A stretch of 64,000 bases of DNA from Candidatus Dojkabacteria bacterium (GTDB taxonomy: Bacteria > Patescibacteriota > Dojkabacteria > SC72): the NCBI GenBank assembly GCA_012842045.1, contig DUTP01000005.1:11332-75331 (forward strand), written 5' to 3'. How positions within the stretch are numbered: position 1 is the stretch's first letter; each line of letters begins with the position of its first letter. The notes beneath the pieces are model-generated. The model searched no databases and was not told where the DNA came from. It was given only the letters and a program-made list of their open reading frames with translations. Shown piece by piece: positions 47,420 to 56,735 of this stretch. A program made the position numbers and the translations under genes.

Positions 47420-47453
47420 TTGACATTTAGCACTCACCGTGTTAAAGTGCTAA
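47420..47453 (+). promoter_or_regulatory. CIRCE (HrcA operator) overlapping a putative promoter of the Hsp20 gene
   Basis: TTAGCACTC-accgtgtta-aAGTGCTAA (47427-47453) versus the CIRCE consensus TTAGCACTC-N9-GAGTGCTAA, with one mismatch. It is preceded by TTGACA (47420-47425) and lies ~65 bp upstream of the hsp20 ATG. Confidence 0.7.
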
Positions 47454-47518
47454 TAGGTAACAAAGAGAATTCATTCGAATTTTCTTTATCAATTATTTAA
47501 CTTTATTCTACAAAACAT

Positions 47519-47977
47519 ATGAAAGATGTAAAAAGAAAAGATGGTACTCAGTTACCAATTAGCACATATACTCCAGTAAGAAGCATTTTTGATGATTTCT
47601 TTGGAATGCCTTCTTTAATGGATGAGTTCTTTGCAAGACCTTCAATTCCAAGATATCCAAATATCTCTGCTGATATATGGGAGGAAGATGATAATTTCTT
47701 TGTAAAGATGGCCCTTCCAGGTGTGAAGAAAGAAGAAATTGATATTGAGGTAGAGGCTGATTATGTAAGAATTAAAGGTGGTCAGAAGAAAGAAGAGAAG
47801 GACGATACCAACAAAAAGTATTACTTCAAGAGTCTTGAAACACAGTTTGAGCAGACATTTAATCTTCCAACTGCTGTTGATTCAAGTAAAGTAGAGGCAT
47901 CTTTTAAGGATGGAATATTGGAAGTAAAGCTTCCAAAAGCAGAGGAATACAAACCTAAAAAGATTGCTATTAAATAG
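47519..47977 (+). CDS. Small heat-shock protein, Hsp20/alpha-crystallin family
   Basis: Alpha-crystallin domain: DIWEEDDNFFVKMALPGVKKEEIDIEVEADYVRIKG ... ASFKDGILEVKLPK (G-x-L motif). Confidence 0.85.
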   Translation: MKDVKRKDGTQLPISTYTPVRSIFDDFFGMPSLMDEFFARPSIPRYPNISADIWEEDDNFFVKMALPGVKKEEIDIEVEADYVRIKGGQKKEEKDDTNKKYYFKSLETQFEQTFNLPTAVDSSKVEASFKDGILEVKLPKAEEYKPKKIAIK

Positions 47978-47997
47978 GTATTTGTTTATATGTCATG

Positions 47998-48028
47998 ACA
48001 AGGGGGAGAAATCCTCCTTGTTTTTTTA
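47998..48028 (+). terminator. Rho-independent terminator after hsp20
   Basis: acaagggg-gagaaatc-ctccttgt stem-loop followed by a run of seven T. Confidence 0.7.
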
Positions 48029-48155
48029 TTAAGAGATTGTGTTAAGACCTATAGAAATGGTATAATATAGGTATATCTATTATCTTACGATACAGATATA
48101 TTGCTCTTAATAACGATAGAAAAATATTTTCCATAAAGGAAGAAGGAGTATAAAA

Positions 48156-48530
48156 ATGAATTTACTCATTAGGAGTTGTTTGGAAATTGCCTTTTTCTCC
48201 ACTATTGGAGAGGCAAAAATAGAGATGGATAAAAACACAGAAGATATTTTTGTAAAAATGTTTGAATCCTTCAATCGTTTAATGTTGGCCTTCGATAGAC
48301 TAAAAGTCTACAAAGATTTGCAAGAAAAAGAAGGTTCAATAACAAATACCTACCAAGCTATTGAAAAAGAGTTAGGTGAGATCTGGACACTTACCAATAC
48401 GAGTCTAGATATAATTCTAGAGTTCGATATACCTCTTGTATATGACAATATGCTAATTGAGATTGTAATGGAAATTCAGGAGGTAATAACATCGGTAGAA
48501 AAATCGTTAATAGGAGCAAAAAATAAATAA
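48156..48530 (+). CDS. Hypothetical protein (124 aa)
   Basis: ORF with an RBS-like ggaggagt upstream. No motif recognised. Confidence 0.35.
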   Translation: MNLLIRSCLEIAFFSTIGEAKIEMDKNTEDIFVKMFESFNRLMLAFDRLKVYKDLQEKEGSITNTYQAIEKELGEIWTLTNTSLDIILEFDIPLVYDNMLIEIVMEIQEVITSVEKSLIGAKNK

Positions 48531-48637
48531 GGGTAGTTAACTCTTAACAACCCTTGGAGGGGAATCTCTAAAAAGGTTCCCCTTAACCATAAAAATCTTT
48601 AATAGCGCTTAATCAAAATCACGAATAGGATGAAAAA

Positions 48638-48724
48638 CGGAGAGAGAGGGATTCGAACCCCCGGTATGAAGAATCATACAAAGCTTTTCGAGAGCTTCCC
48701 TTTCAACCACTCAGGCATCTCTCC
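48638..48724 (-). tRNA. tRNA-Ser (anticodon CGA), long variable arm
   Basis: Reverse strand reads GGAGAGAUGCCUGAGUGGUUGAAAGGGAAGCUCUCGAAAAGCUUUGUAUGAUUCUUCAUACCGGGGGUUCGAAUCCCUCUCUCUCCG. Anticodon loop CUCGAAA. Confidence 0.8.
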
Positions 48725-48765
48725 CTACTTAATTATACCATTAAAACGGGGTTTTTATGAAACAA

Positions 48766-49437
48766 CTAAACCTTCTCCAAAGGAATATATTTACCATATG
48801 TCACTTCATCTATTCTATTTTGCTTCTTAATATCTTCATAGAGAAGATATTTCTGCAATATGACAAAAATAGCATCTTTGTCCTTCTTATGAACAAGCAT
48901 TATTAAAACCCTAGGAAAGTTTAACTTAGTATTCACAATTAATGTGTAATATTTCTCTTTCTCTGCAAAATAGAAACTGTCTAACATATACCACTCATAC
49001 AACTTATTTGCAGTATCTATCCCCCTCTTAGTTATCTTATGCTTTACATCAAAAGGTTTAGTTGTTCCAGCTGCATACAGAACAAAAAGTATTGAAATAA
49101 TTGCTGCTATCAAGAAATATTTACCTAAAATAGCAAGAAGCACTATAAAAGCAAGAGAAACGGCTAAGATTACCATAAAACCTTTACTATTTAGTTTTAT
49201 CTGATATCTCTCGGGTGCTTCCCACTGAAACAGCTTGATATTTTGAACAACTTCTTTCATTTGTACAGGGTCTTCTTCTATCTGAATTTTTCCTTCGATT
49301 ATCTTTTTTCTCCTTTTATCATCCTGTTCTTCTTTAGCCCTCTTTTTCTCTTCTTTAAGTTTCTCTTCTTTTTCCCTTAAAGCTTTTTCTCCTGTAATCA
49401 AATCTGCCAAATTTTTTAACGTGTCTTTTTCTTTCAT
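48766..49437 (-). CDS. Hypothetical membrane protein with an N-terminal coiled coil and two TMs
   Basis: Lys/Glu-rich N-terminus, then two hydrophobic helices (GFMVILAVSLAFIVLLAILGKYFLIAAIISILFVLYAAG). Confidence 0.4.
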   Translation of the reverse strand: MKEKDTLKNLADLITGEKALREKEEKLKEEKKRAKEEQDDKRRKKIIEGKIQIEEDPVQMKEVVQNIKLFQWEAPERYQIKLNSKGFMVILAVSLAFIVLLAILGKYFLIAAIISILFVLYAAGTTKPFDVKHKITKRGIDTANKLYEWYMLDSFYFAEKEKYYTLIVNTKLNFPRVLIMLVHKKDKDAIFVILQKYLLYEDIKKQNRIDEVTYGKYIPLEKV

Positions 49438-49444
49438 ATGACTA

Positions 49445-49813
49445 TCATACTACAAAAATTAAAAACAAAACAATTACTAATATTCCAAGTCCCCAAAAGA
49501 AGTTAAGTACTTGGAATATATGTAGTAAAAAAACAATCAAAAGTCCAAAAGTGATACTACCTCCCATTTTTAAACTATGTACTACTCTTTCTCGATGTGA
49601 AATTTCTTTCCTTGTAATTTTAAAAATTAGATACAACATTAATATTAAAAGACTAAAGATAAGTACCACTGAAAGAGTTATGAATACAACAAAATTGATC
49701 CAATTAACCTCACCGCTACTTAAAGTAGGAAGGAAATTAGGATTGTTTAGTAAATAATACAGAAAACTAACAGAGAAAAGTGATGTTAATATTGTTATTA
49801 AAAAGAATTTCAT
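49445..49813 (-). CDS. Hypothetical small polytopic membrane protein
   Basis: Four hydrophobic helices in 122 aa. Confidence 0.35.
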   Translation of the reverse strand: MKFFLITILTSLFSVSFLYYLLNNPNFLPTLSSGEVNWINFVVFITLSVVLIFSLLILMLYLIFKITRKEISHRERVVHSLKMGGSITFGLLIVFLLHIFQVLNFFWGLGILVIVLFLIFVV

Positions 49814-49891
49814 ATATTTCCCTTCTCTAGGTTTTTAGATAAACAGAACTCTTCTTTAGTATTAGATAATTAAATTAAGTTCTGTAGAAGT

Positions 49892-50575
49892 ATGAATATT
49901 TTAATTATAGAGAATTCTTACACTTTAGGACAGATTATGTCAAAAACATTAGATTCTTATGGATATAAAGTGAGTATAGATAATGATAGTTTTTCAAATA
50001 AGAAATTAGTTAAAAGAAAACTTTTTGATTTTGTTATTTTAAATACTAATTTAGGAGGAGAAAAGAGTTTTGAAATTTTAGATTTCATCATTGAAAACAG
50101 TCCTGAAACAAAAATTCTAGGTGTTTGTAATAAAGGGAGTTGGACTGAAAAAGTTTCTTTTCTTAATCATGGTGGTGATGATGTTTTAACATACCCTTTT
50201 CCAATACAGGAATTGTTAGCAAGGATACAATCTTTAACTAGAAGACCTAAAAGCTATATAGATCAAAATATTTCTTTAGGAGATTTAACTTTAGATTTAA
50301 ATACTAAAAGTATATATCGAGGTAATCAAGAAATAGAGGTGAGAAACAAAGAGTACGACCTTTTTGAATATTTAGTTAGAAATAAGGAAAGACCAATATC
50401 AAGATGTGAATTGTTAGACCATGTTTGGGATTTTAGAGATTATGTTGGTTCAAACACTATTGATGTACATGTAAATAGATTAAGAGAGAAATTAGAGGAT
50501 AAAGATATCATAGAAACAGTACACGGTGTTGGTTATGTAGTTAAAGATAGAGATACTGAAACTAAAGCATCATAG
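49892..50575 (+). CDS. OmpR/PhoB-family transcriptional regulator with a degenerate (phosphorylation-incompetent) receiver domain
   Basis: C-terminal winged helix: ...EIEVRNKEYDLFEYLVRNKERPISRCELLDHVWDF...IDVHVNRLREKLED...VHGVGYVV. The N-terminal receiver-like fold lacks the conserved residues: the DD pair is EN, the phospho-Asp position is Asn (FVILNTNL), and the conserved Lys is Tyr (GGDDVLTYPF). Confidence 0.65.
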   Translation: MNILIIENSYTLGQIMSKTLDSYGYKVSIDNDSFSNKKLVKRKLFDFVILNTNLGGEKSFEILDFIIENSPETKILGVCNKGSWTEKVSFLNHGGDDVLTYPFPIQELLARIQSLTRRPKSYIDQNISLGDLTLDLNTKSIYRGNQEIEVRNKEYDLFEYLVRNKERPISRCELLDHVWDFRDYVGSNTIDVHVNRLREKLEDKDIIETVHGVGYVVKDRDTETKAS

Positions 50576-51686
50576 GCATAACTAGATGTACAAACTCTTT
50601 ATCTCCTTCTATCTTAAACACTCCTGGTTTTACTGGATCTGTACATTCAAAAGATATCTCATCAGCATCTATATGATTTAAGATATCAGCAAGTAATCTT
50701 GCACTAAATGCAATCTTAAGATTCTCACCTTCAATATTTCCTTCAAATACACTCTGGTTTTTTCCTAAATCACTCTGTACTGCAGATAGTGTAATCTTCC
50801 CGTCTTTAGAATTAATATCTAAAATCATTTTGTTTCCTAAAACAGATCTAGCAATAATGTTTACAATTTTGAGAGAATTTAAGAAATCATCTCTCTTAAT
50901 AACACATTTTGTTGTAAAACCAGTTGGGATAATCTGTTTGTATTCTGGAAATTCACCATCAATTAATCTTGAAATAAGATCAACATCAGCTAATCTAAAC
51001 AATACCTGATTTTTATCTTCCAATAGATAGACATTAACCCATTCTTCATCAGTATCAAGTTCTGAAATAATATAAGTAAGCTCTTGAAAAGCTCTAACAG
51101 GTACTAAGAAACTCTTCTTTTCTCCACTCTTTTCAACCTTAAAACTTTGTTTAGATAGTCTTAAACCATCTGTTGCTACAAATGAAACGATATCATCATC
51201 AACTTCAACTTTAACACCTGTTAATACTGGTTTAATATCATCACCAGCAGCTGCAAAAGCTACTCTACTAACAGCTTGAACTATATCTGTTTTCTTAATC
51301 CTAACAAAAAACTTCTCTTTATCATCAATACTTGGAATATTTGGGAAATCATCTGACGGCATAGTATTAAAACTAGCATTGTTATTTGAAGTTGAAATAT
51401 CAAAATTTTGTTTATTTACTTCAATATCAACCTTTTCTTCAGGAATAGAGTTTACAAACTCTGATAATTGCTTAGCTGGTACTGTAATTTTCCCATCTTC
51501 TTGAATGTCAGCTCCTATCCAAGTACTTATACTTAATTCTAAATCTGTTGTTTTTAATTTAAGTTTACCTTTATCACTTTCAAAATAGATATTGCTAAGA
51601 ATAGGTAAACCTGGTTTAGATGTAACTATTCTGCTTACGATATTTAAATATTTTGAAAAAGTATCTTGATTACATGAGAACTTCAT
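50562..51686 (-). CDS. dnaN: DNA polymerase III beta subunit (sliding clamp)
   Basis: 374 aa with three-domain clamp organisation. N-terminus MKFSCNQDTFSKYLNIVSRIV. Positioned immediately downstream of dnaA. Confidence 0.9.
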   Translation of the reverse strand: MKFSCNQDTFSKYLNIVSRIVTSKPGLPILSNIYFESDKGKLKLKTTDLELSISTWIGADIQEDGKITVPAKQLSEFVNSIPEEKVDIEVNKQNFDISTSNNNASFNTMPSDDFPNIPSIDDKEKFFVRIKKTDIVQAVSRVAFAAAGDDIKPVLTGVKVEVDDDIVSFVATDGLRLSKQSFKVEKSGEKKSFLVPVRAFQELTYIISELDTDEEWVNVYLLEDKNQVLFRLADVDLISRLIDGEFPEYKQIIPTGFTTKCVIKRDDFLNSLKIVNIIARSVLGNKMILDINSKDGKITLSAVQSDLGKNQSVFEGNIEGENLKIAFSARLLADILNHIDADEISFECTDPVKPGVFKIEGDKEFVHLVMPMML

Positions 51687-52140
51687 ATTTATTAAAGAAA
51701 TAATGTTAATTTAATAAGGCAGTAATAGTTTCTAGTATATATCTATATTATACATAAAATCTTCCACATTTGTAGCCTTCTATATATTTTTTATATTTAA
51801 AATAAGTAATAGATGTAGTAGAGAGTATGGATATGTAGATAACTAATTTTAATTCTTCTGAAAACATTCTTCTTATACTCTTTTTAATATTAAATATCTT
51901 TGTGTATTACTTCCACTTTAGAAAAGCTATAAGTGTGTAAAAATTATTTATTAACAAGAGGATAGATTGTGGATGAAAATTTAGTATAACTTTGGATAAC
52001 AAGCTATTTTATGTGGAGAAATAAACATGTAGAAAACCTTACTATTAAAACACTTTAACATAGATACAACATTTCTTTGATAGAAAAAATGTTGAGTTAT
52101 CCTTAACTAATATTTATGATACCCACATGGTTATCCACAA
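51687..52140. promoter_or_regulatory. Putative oriC: AT-rich dnaA-dnaN spacer containing a DnaA-box cluster
   Basis: Perfect TTATCCACA at 52131-52139. One-mismatch boxes at 51968-51976 (tgtggatga), 51991-51999 (tttggataa) and 52012-52020 (tgtggagaa), plus ttatccttaa near 52097. The spacer is 454 bp and very AT-rich. Gene strand bias flips here. Confidence 0.7.
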
Positions 52141-53568
52141 TTAACTCCTTATCATATGTAAACAACTATCTAATTTTTCTCTAAAAATAGCATCCTCCCG
52201 CTCTTTCTTCTCTATTTTCTCATATGCATGAATAACTGTTGTATGATCTTTTCTATTAACTTCTCTTGCTACTCTTTCAAGAGGAAGTTCCAACTCTTTT
52301 CGTAGAATATACATAACAACCTGTCTACATTGTGCTACATATGCAGTTCTCCTATTCCCTTTAATCTCTGAAGGTTTTACATCAAAAACTTCAGATACTG
52401 CTGATATCACTTTTGCTGGTGTTATCTTCTTTCTCTTAGAATCTAAATCTATTTGTAACATTTTAGCTACATCTTCCTCTGTTGGTTTTAAACCAAGTTT
52501 GTAAAGAGAAACTACTTTTGTAAGTGCACCTTCAAGTTGCCTAATATCACTTTCAATATTTTTAGCTATTAACTCTAAATACTCTTCAGGTATTTTTGCA
52601 TCTTTTTCTTCTAAATTTTGTTTTAAGATAGCTAATCTTGTTTCATAATCAGGAGGTTGAATATCTGCAACCATACCACCCATAAATCTTGTTCTTAATC
52701 GATCTGTAATATTTTTAATCTCTTGTGGTGATCTATCAGAAGCTAAAACAATCTGTTTGTTTGTTTGATAAAGAGCATTAAATGTATGGAAAAGCTCTTC
52801 TTGTGTTCTTGGAAATTCTTCAACAAACTGTACATCATCAATAATTAAAAGATCTACAGTCCTATACTTATTCCTAAAATCTTCATTTCTTTTTGTTTTA
52901 ATAGAATCAACCATTTCATTAAGAAATTGTTCAATGGGTATATATACAACTTTTTTAGTTGGGTCATTCTTCAATACTTCATTACCAATTGCTTGCATTA
53001 AATGAGTTTTTCCTAAACCAGAGTTACCATAGAAGAAGACAGGGTTGTAAGCATTCCCTAAGTCTTTTACAACAGCTTCTGCTACAGCTTCTGCTAGTTC
53101 ATTACTTTTTCCTACAACAAAATTAGAAAAGAGATATTTAGGATTTAGATGTGCTTCTGCAGTTTTTTTCTCTAAAGTCTCTTGCTCCTTCTTAGATTCT
53201 GAGAAAAGATCCATGGTTTTGTTTTCTGTAGGGTCATGATATTCATATCCATCCTTCTCTTCTACTTTTCTTTGAACATTTATCTCAATTTCATAATTAG
53301 CACCAGTAACCTTCTTCAATGCTTGTCTTAAAGAAGCTTTGTAGTCTCTTAATATTTTCTCCTTCTTAAATTCAGAATCACAGGTAAATTGCACAATACC
53401 GTTTCCAATATTTTCAATATATACATCATTAAACAAACTTAAAAACACTCTATTACCAAGCATTAATTTGAGATGTTCTTTGGTCATTTTCCATACCTCA
53501 TCAGTATTAACATCTTCTTGTGTTTGTTGAATATTTTTGAAGTATCCTTTAAAGTCTGCCTTGTTCAT
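52141..53568 (-). CDS. dnaA: Chromosomal replication initiator protein DnaA
   Basis: AAA+ Walker A (FYGNSGLGKTHLMQAIGNE), Walker B (LLIIDDVQF) and the C-terminal DnaA-box-binding HTH (…HTTVIHAYEKI). Confidence 0.95.
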   Translation of the reverse strand: MNKADFKGYFKNIQQTQEDVNTDEVWKMTKEHLKLMLGNRVFLSLFNDVYIENIGNGIVQFTCDSEFKKEKILRDYKASLRQALKKVTGANYEIEINVQRKVEEKDGYEYHDPTENKTMDLFSESKKEQETLEKKTAEAHLNPKYLFSNFVVGKSNELAEAVAEAVVKDLGNAYNPVFFYGNSGLGKTHLMQAIGNEVLKNDPTKKVVYIPIEQFLNEMVDSIKTKRNEDFRNKYRTVDLLIIDDVQFVEEFPRTQEELFHTFNALYQTNKQIVLASDRSPQEIKNITDRLRTRFMGGMVADIQPPDYETRLAILKQNLEEKDAKIPEEYLELIAKNIESDIRQLEGALTKVVSLYKLGLKPTEEDVAKMLQIDLDSKRKKITPAKVISAVSEVFDVKPSEIKGNRRTAYVAQCRQVVMYILRKELELPLERVAREVNRKDHTTVIHAYEKIEKKEREDAIFREKLDSCLHMIRS

Positions 53569-53834
53569 ACCAAGTATTTTTAATAATATTAAGAGACAGT
53601 TTGCTTGGAGGGCAGTCTACGGTCGATTGGGACTCTGTTGAACATTATATTCAATTTCTAAAAAATGTGGATATCTTTTACAAGATATCTTAAAAAGAAT
53701 TACTAGTACAAGATTTTTAAAAGTGAGTTTTATCTCTAGTAATTCTAGAGAGGAAAAGTCTTTTTGAAAACAGATTTGCTAAATACTTTTAGTTACTATA
53801 TAATCAGCAAGATTTCAGATAGTCAGTTCAAAAT

Positions 53835-54017
53835 ATGAAAAGAACATATCAACCAAATAACAAGAGAAGAATAAAAAAGCTCGGATTTATGGCTAGAAAC
53901 AAAACCGTTGGTGGTAAAAATGTTTTGAAAAGTAGAAGAGCTAAAGGAAGAAAGAGCTTAAGTGTTAGTGAGGAGTACAAACTACTCAGAAAAAAACAAA
54001 CAAAAAATATTAGATAG
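53835..54017 (+). CDS. rpmH: 50S ribosomal protein L34, with a 15-aa C-terminal extension
   Basis: [44 protein letters not shown] matches L34. The frame continues ...[16 protein letters not shown] before the stop. Confidence 0.8.
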   Translation: MKRTYQPNNKRRIKKLGFMARNKTVGGKNVLKSRRAKGRKSLSVSEEYKLLRKKQTKNIR

Positions 54018-54022
54018 AAGAT

Positions 54023-54385
54023 ATGCTACCTAAAAAACATAGGTTGTCAGCAAAAGAATTTCCTTTGTTATACAAGAAAGGTTTTAAGTCCAAAGGTGAA
54101 TATGGAATGTTGGTTTGTTTAGAAAATAATACCTCTTCTACTCTTTTTGGTTTTGTTGTTAGTAAAAAGATAGGGAATTCTGTTAAAAGACATAGAATGA
54201 CTAGATTACTTAGAGCAATCTCTATGGAATTAGTAAAAGAAAGAAACTTAGAAGGCTTTAGTTTTCAGTATGTAGCATTTAAGTTTTGCGATGATTATAC
54301 AACTTTAAAAAAAGAACTTACTAAACAGCTAGATAATTGTTTACAAAATCGACAGGGTGAAAAAAATAATATTGTTTTTAATTAG
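54023..54385 (+). CDS. rnpA: Ribonuclease P protein component
   Basis: [23 protein letters not shown]...[23 protein letters not shown] includes the RNR-like basic motif of RnpA. Immediately downstream of rpmH. Confidence 0.85.
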   Translation: MLPKKHRLSAKEFPLLYKKGFKSKGEYGMLVCLENNTSSTLFGFVVSKKIGNSVKRHRMTRLLRAISMELVKERNLEGFSFQYVAFKFCDDYTTLKKELTKQLDNCLQNRQGEKNNIVFN

Positions 54386-54596
54386 AATTTATCAAAAAAC
54401 TCTTTCATTGGATCACGGAAAGATGGGGGAACTTCTTCCTAATATTAGGTTTTGTAAATTTAATCCATCTTGTTCTGTATATAGTTATGAAGCTATTGAA
54501 AAATATGGTGTTTTAAAGGGCGGATTTATGTCTGTATGGAGAATTTTAAGGTGTAATCCTTTTACTAAACCAGGTACTTACGATCCTGTTCCGTAG
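54357..54596 (+). CDS. yidD: Membrane protein insertion efficiency factor YidD
   Basis: [62 protein letters not shown] is the conserved YidD (DUF37) sequence with the CxxxPSCS motif. Overlaps the rnpA end. Confidence 0.85.
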   Translation: MKKIILFLIRIYQKTLSLDHGKMGELLPNIRFCKFNPSCSVYSYEAIEKYGVLKGGFMSVWRILRCNPFTKPGTYDPVP

Positions 54597-54689
54597 TAAT
54601 TTGCAAAGATTTTTAAGGGTTGATATAATAAAAATATCATGAGGGAGGGAAGGTTGTAGATTAAATGCTACAAGCAACACTCCCATTTT

Positions 54690-55202
54690 TTATGCCTTTA
54701 ATTTTTCTCTCAACTGGTTCATAAATATCATATATTCCCTATATGGTATCAATAAGCTAGAATATGATTTCTGGTTTGGTATAAAAATATTCTTTAATTT
54801 CTTCTTTTCTACTAAATATTCAATTAAGCATCTGTAATCACCGTCTCCAGAAACAATAATTGCTTTATCAAAATTATTTATTTCAATCATGGTATGTAGC
54901 ACTAGTTCAGCATCAATGTTTCCTTTAATTTTTCTTTTTCCTCTATCCTCTTTGTAAGTGATAGTAGGTTTAAAAATCAAAGTATATCCATAATTTTTTA
55001 GGTTGGTATACATTCTCTTGTTCTTTTTTATATAACCAATGAATAGAAAGGCTTTTTGAACTTTGTATTTATTTCTTAAATATACAAGAAACTTCTTAAG
55101 GTCTATTTCCCAACCAATATATTTATATTTTGGTATGTTCTTTTTTACACCTTGATACAAGTTATTGCTATCAATAAAAGCATAAATTTTTGTATTCTTC
55201 AT
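54690..55202 (-). CDS. NYN-domain (LabA/DUF88-like, PIN-fold) protein
   Basis: KIYAFIDSNNLYQG (first Asp), ...DAELVLHTMIE..., IVSGDGDYRCLIEYL (GDGD motif) are the NYN/LabA acidic residues. Confidence 0.7.
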   Translation of the reverse strand: MKNTKIYAFIDSNNLYQGVKKNIPKYKYIGWEIDLKKFLVYLRNKYKVQKAFLFIGYIKKNKRMYTNLKNYGYTLIFKPTITYKEDRGKRKIKGNIDAELVLHTMIEINNFDKAIIVSGDGDYRCLIEYLVEKKKLKNIFIPNQKSYSSLLIPYREYMIFMNQLREKLKA

Positions 55203-55318
55203 ATTAAGTATTTTAGTGTAAGTTTCTTACAAAACTCTTACTTTTTTACTTTTTCCTTAAATTTTATACAAATTTATGTTATAGTCCACCAAGTATTTAA
55301 TACTATCTTTTAACAAAT

Positions 55319-56197
55319 ATGTTCGGTTGGATTTGGCAAAATATTTTCTACAACCCAATACTTAATCTCTCAATGGTTCTCTATCACCTTTTTGGAGATA
55401 ACTTAGGTTGGGTAATCATTGTTCTAGCAATATTCTTCAGATTACTACTTCTTCCTCTTGTAAAGAAGCAGAATGAAATGTCTAAAAAGATGGCAGCATT
55501 AAAACCTCAATTAGATGCTCTTCAGAAGAAATATGGAAACAATCAAGAGAAATTATCACAAGAACAAATAAAACTATACAAAAAGGTTGGGTATAACCCT
55601 TTTGGTTGCTTTGCAACAATCATTCCCCAGTTCTTCATTTTAATCTTACTTAGTAATGTAATTAGAAATATAGGAGCTGATAATCTTACTGGAATATACC
55701 CATTCGTTCATAACTGGATATCAGGAGGTAAGGATATTGTTGTGAACATGAGTTTTGTAGGAATGGATTTAACTAAAATGTTTAGTCAGATAACCCCTAA
55801 ATTCGGAAAAGAAGGTATAGGATATCTCATTCTTGCTATTGTTGTTGGTCTATCTCAATTTGCAGCATCAAAGATTACAATGGTAATGCAAAAAAGTATG
55901 ACAGGACAAGAAGTGAAAAAGAAGCAAGATGTAAAAAAGAAAAAGAAACTAACGAAAGATGAAGAAATATTACAAAAAGTACAAGAAGGTTTAGGGCGAT
56001 CAACAGCATATATTTTGCCTGCTATGACAGTGATTTTTGCAATTAGAATGCCAGCTTACTTAAGTATTTACTGGATAGCTCAATCTCTTGCTTTGGTTTT
56101 GCAATATATGATTTTGGATTGGGATAAATCAAAAGAAGGTGTTCAAAACTTCTTTACTCAACTTAAAAAGAAAAAAGATCTCAAACCAGAGAAGTAG
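55319..56197 (+). CDS. yidC: Membrane protein insertase YidC/Oxa1 (short Gram-positive-like form)
   Basis: Five TMs with the conserved YidC core (LLLPLVKKQNEMSKKMAALKPQLDALQKKYGNNQEKLSQEQIKLYKKVGYNPFGC) and a Lys-rich C-terminal tail. Confidence 0.85.
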   Translation: MFGWIWQNIFYNPILNLSMVLYHLFGDNLGWVIIVLAIFFRLLLLPLVKKQNEMSKKMAALKPQLDALQKKYGNNQEKLSQEQIKLYKKVGYNPFGCFATIIPQFFILILLSNVIRNIGADNLTGIYPFVHNWISGGKDIVVNMSFVGMDLTKMFSQITPKFGKEGIGYLILAIVVGLSQFAASKITMVMQKSMTGQEVKKKQDVKKKKKLTKDEEILQKVQEGLGRSTAYILPAMTVIFAIRMPAYLSIYWIAQSLALVLQYMILDWDKSKEGVQNFFTQLKKKKDLKPEK

Positions 56198-56246
56198 CAT
56201 ATCAGTTTCTGCCCTGACTAAGAAATTAATTTTAAAATTATTTTTT

Positions 56247-56723
56247 ATGAAAGAGAAAGATTTACTTAAAATTGTTGAAGGAGAAGTAGAGACACTATGT
56301 TCTTTACTTGGAGTCGATAGTGAGAGAAGTTTTACAGTGGAGGATGGGGAAGAAGGTATGAAATATGTCAAAATCTCATTCGAAGGAGAGGATTTAGGAT
56401 ATATGATTGGAAATAAAGGGAGACATCTGGATTCCTTGCAGTTTATTCTTCAAATCATCCTTGGTAGAAAACTAGAAGGTATAGATTTTAGAGTTTTTGT
56501 AGATGTTGGAGGTTACAGAAAAGAGAAAGATGAGAAAATTGTACAAATGGCCTTAGAGAAAGCAGATAATGTTAGGATTTTAGGAGAAGTAGTAGAGCTC
56601 CCTCCAATGAAACCTTCTGATAGAAGGATTGTTCACCTAGCATTGATGAAGTTTAAAGATATTACAACAGAGAGTGAAGGAGAAGGTAAGGATAGAAGGA
56701 TTATTATTAAGCCAGTTAAGTAA
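56247..56723 (+). CDS. jag: Jag/KhpB-like RNA-binding protein (KH + R3H domains)
   Basis: KH: ISFEGEDLGYMIGNKGRHLDSLQFIL. R3H: LPPMKPSDRRIVHLALMKF. The ATG at 56247 (MKEKDLLKIVEG) is preferred over the upstream in-frame start at 56139, which would overlap yidC by 59 nt. Confidence 0.75.
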   Translation: MKEKDLLKIVEGEVETLCSLLGVDSERSFTVEDGEEGMKYVKISFEGEDLGYMIGNKGRHLDSLQFILQIILGRKLEGIDFRVFVDVGGYRKEKDEKIVQMALEKADNVRILGEVVELPPMKPSDRRIVHLALMKFKDITTESEGEGKDRRIIIKPVK

Positions 56724-56735
56724 ATAATTGATTAG

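Noticed and set aside
48630-48830. 66-aa + strand ORF
   Set aside because: It overlaps the tRNA-Ser(CGA) gene (48638..48724) on the opposite strand and is an artefact of the tRNA sequence.
56139-56246. Upstream extension of jag (start at 56139)
   Set aside because: It would overlap the yidC coding end by ~59 nt and add a basic, low-complexity 36-aa leader. The ATG at 56247 gives a conventional Jag N-terminus.
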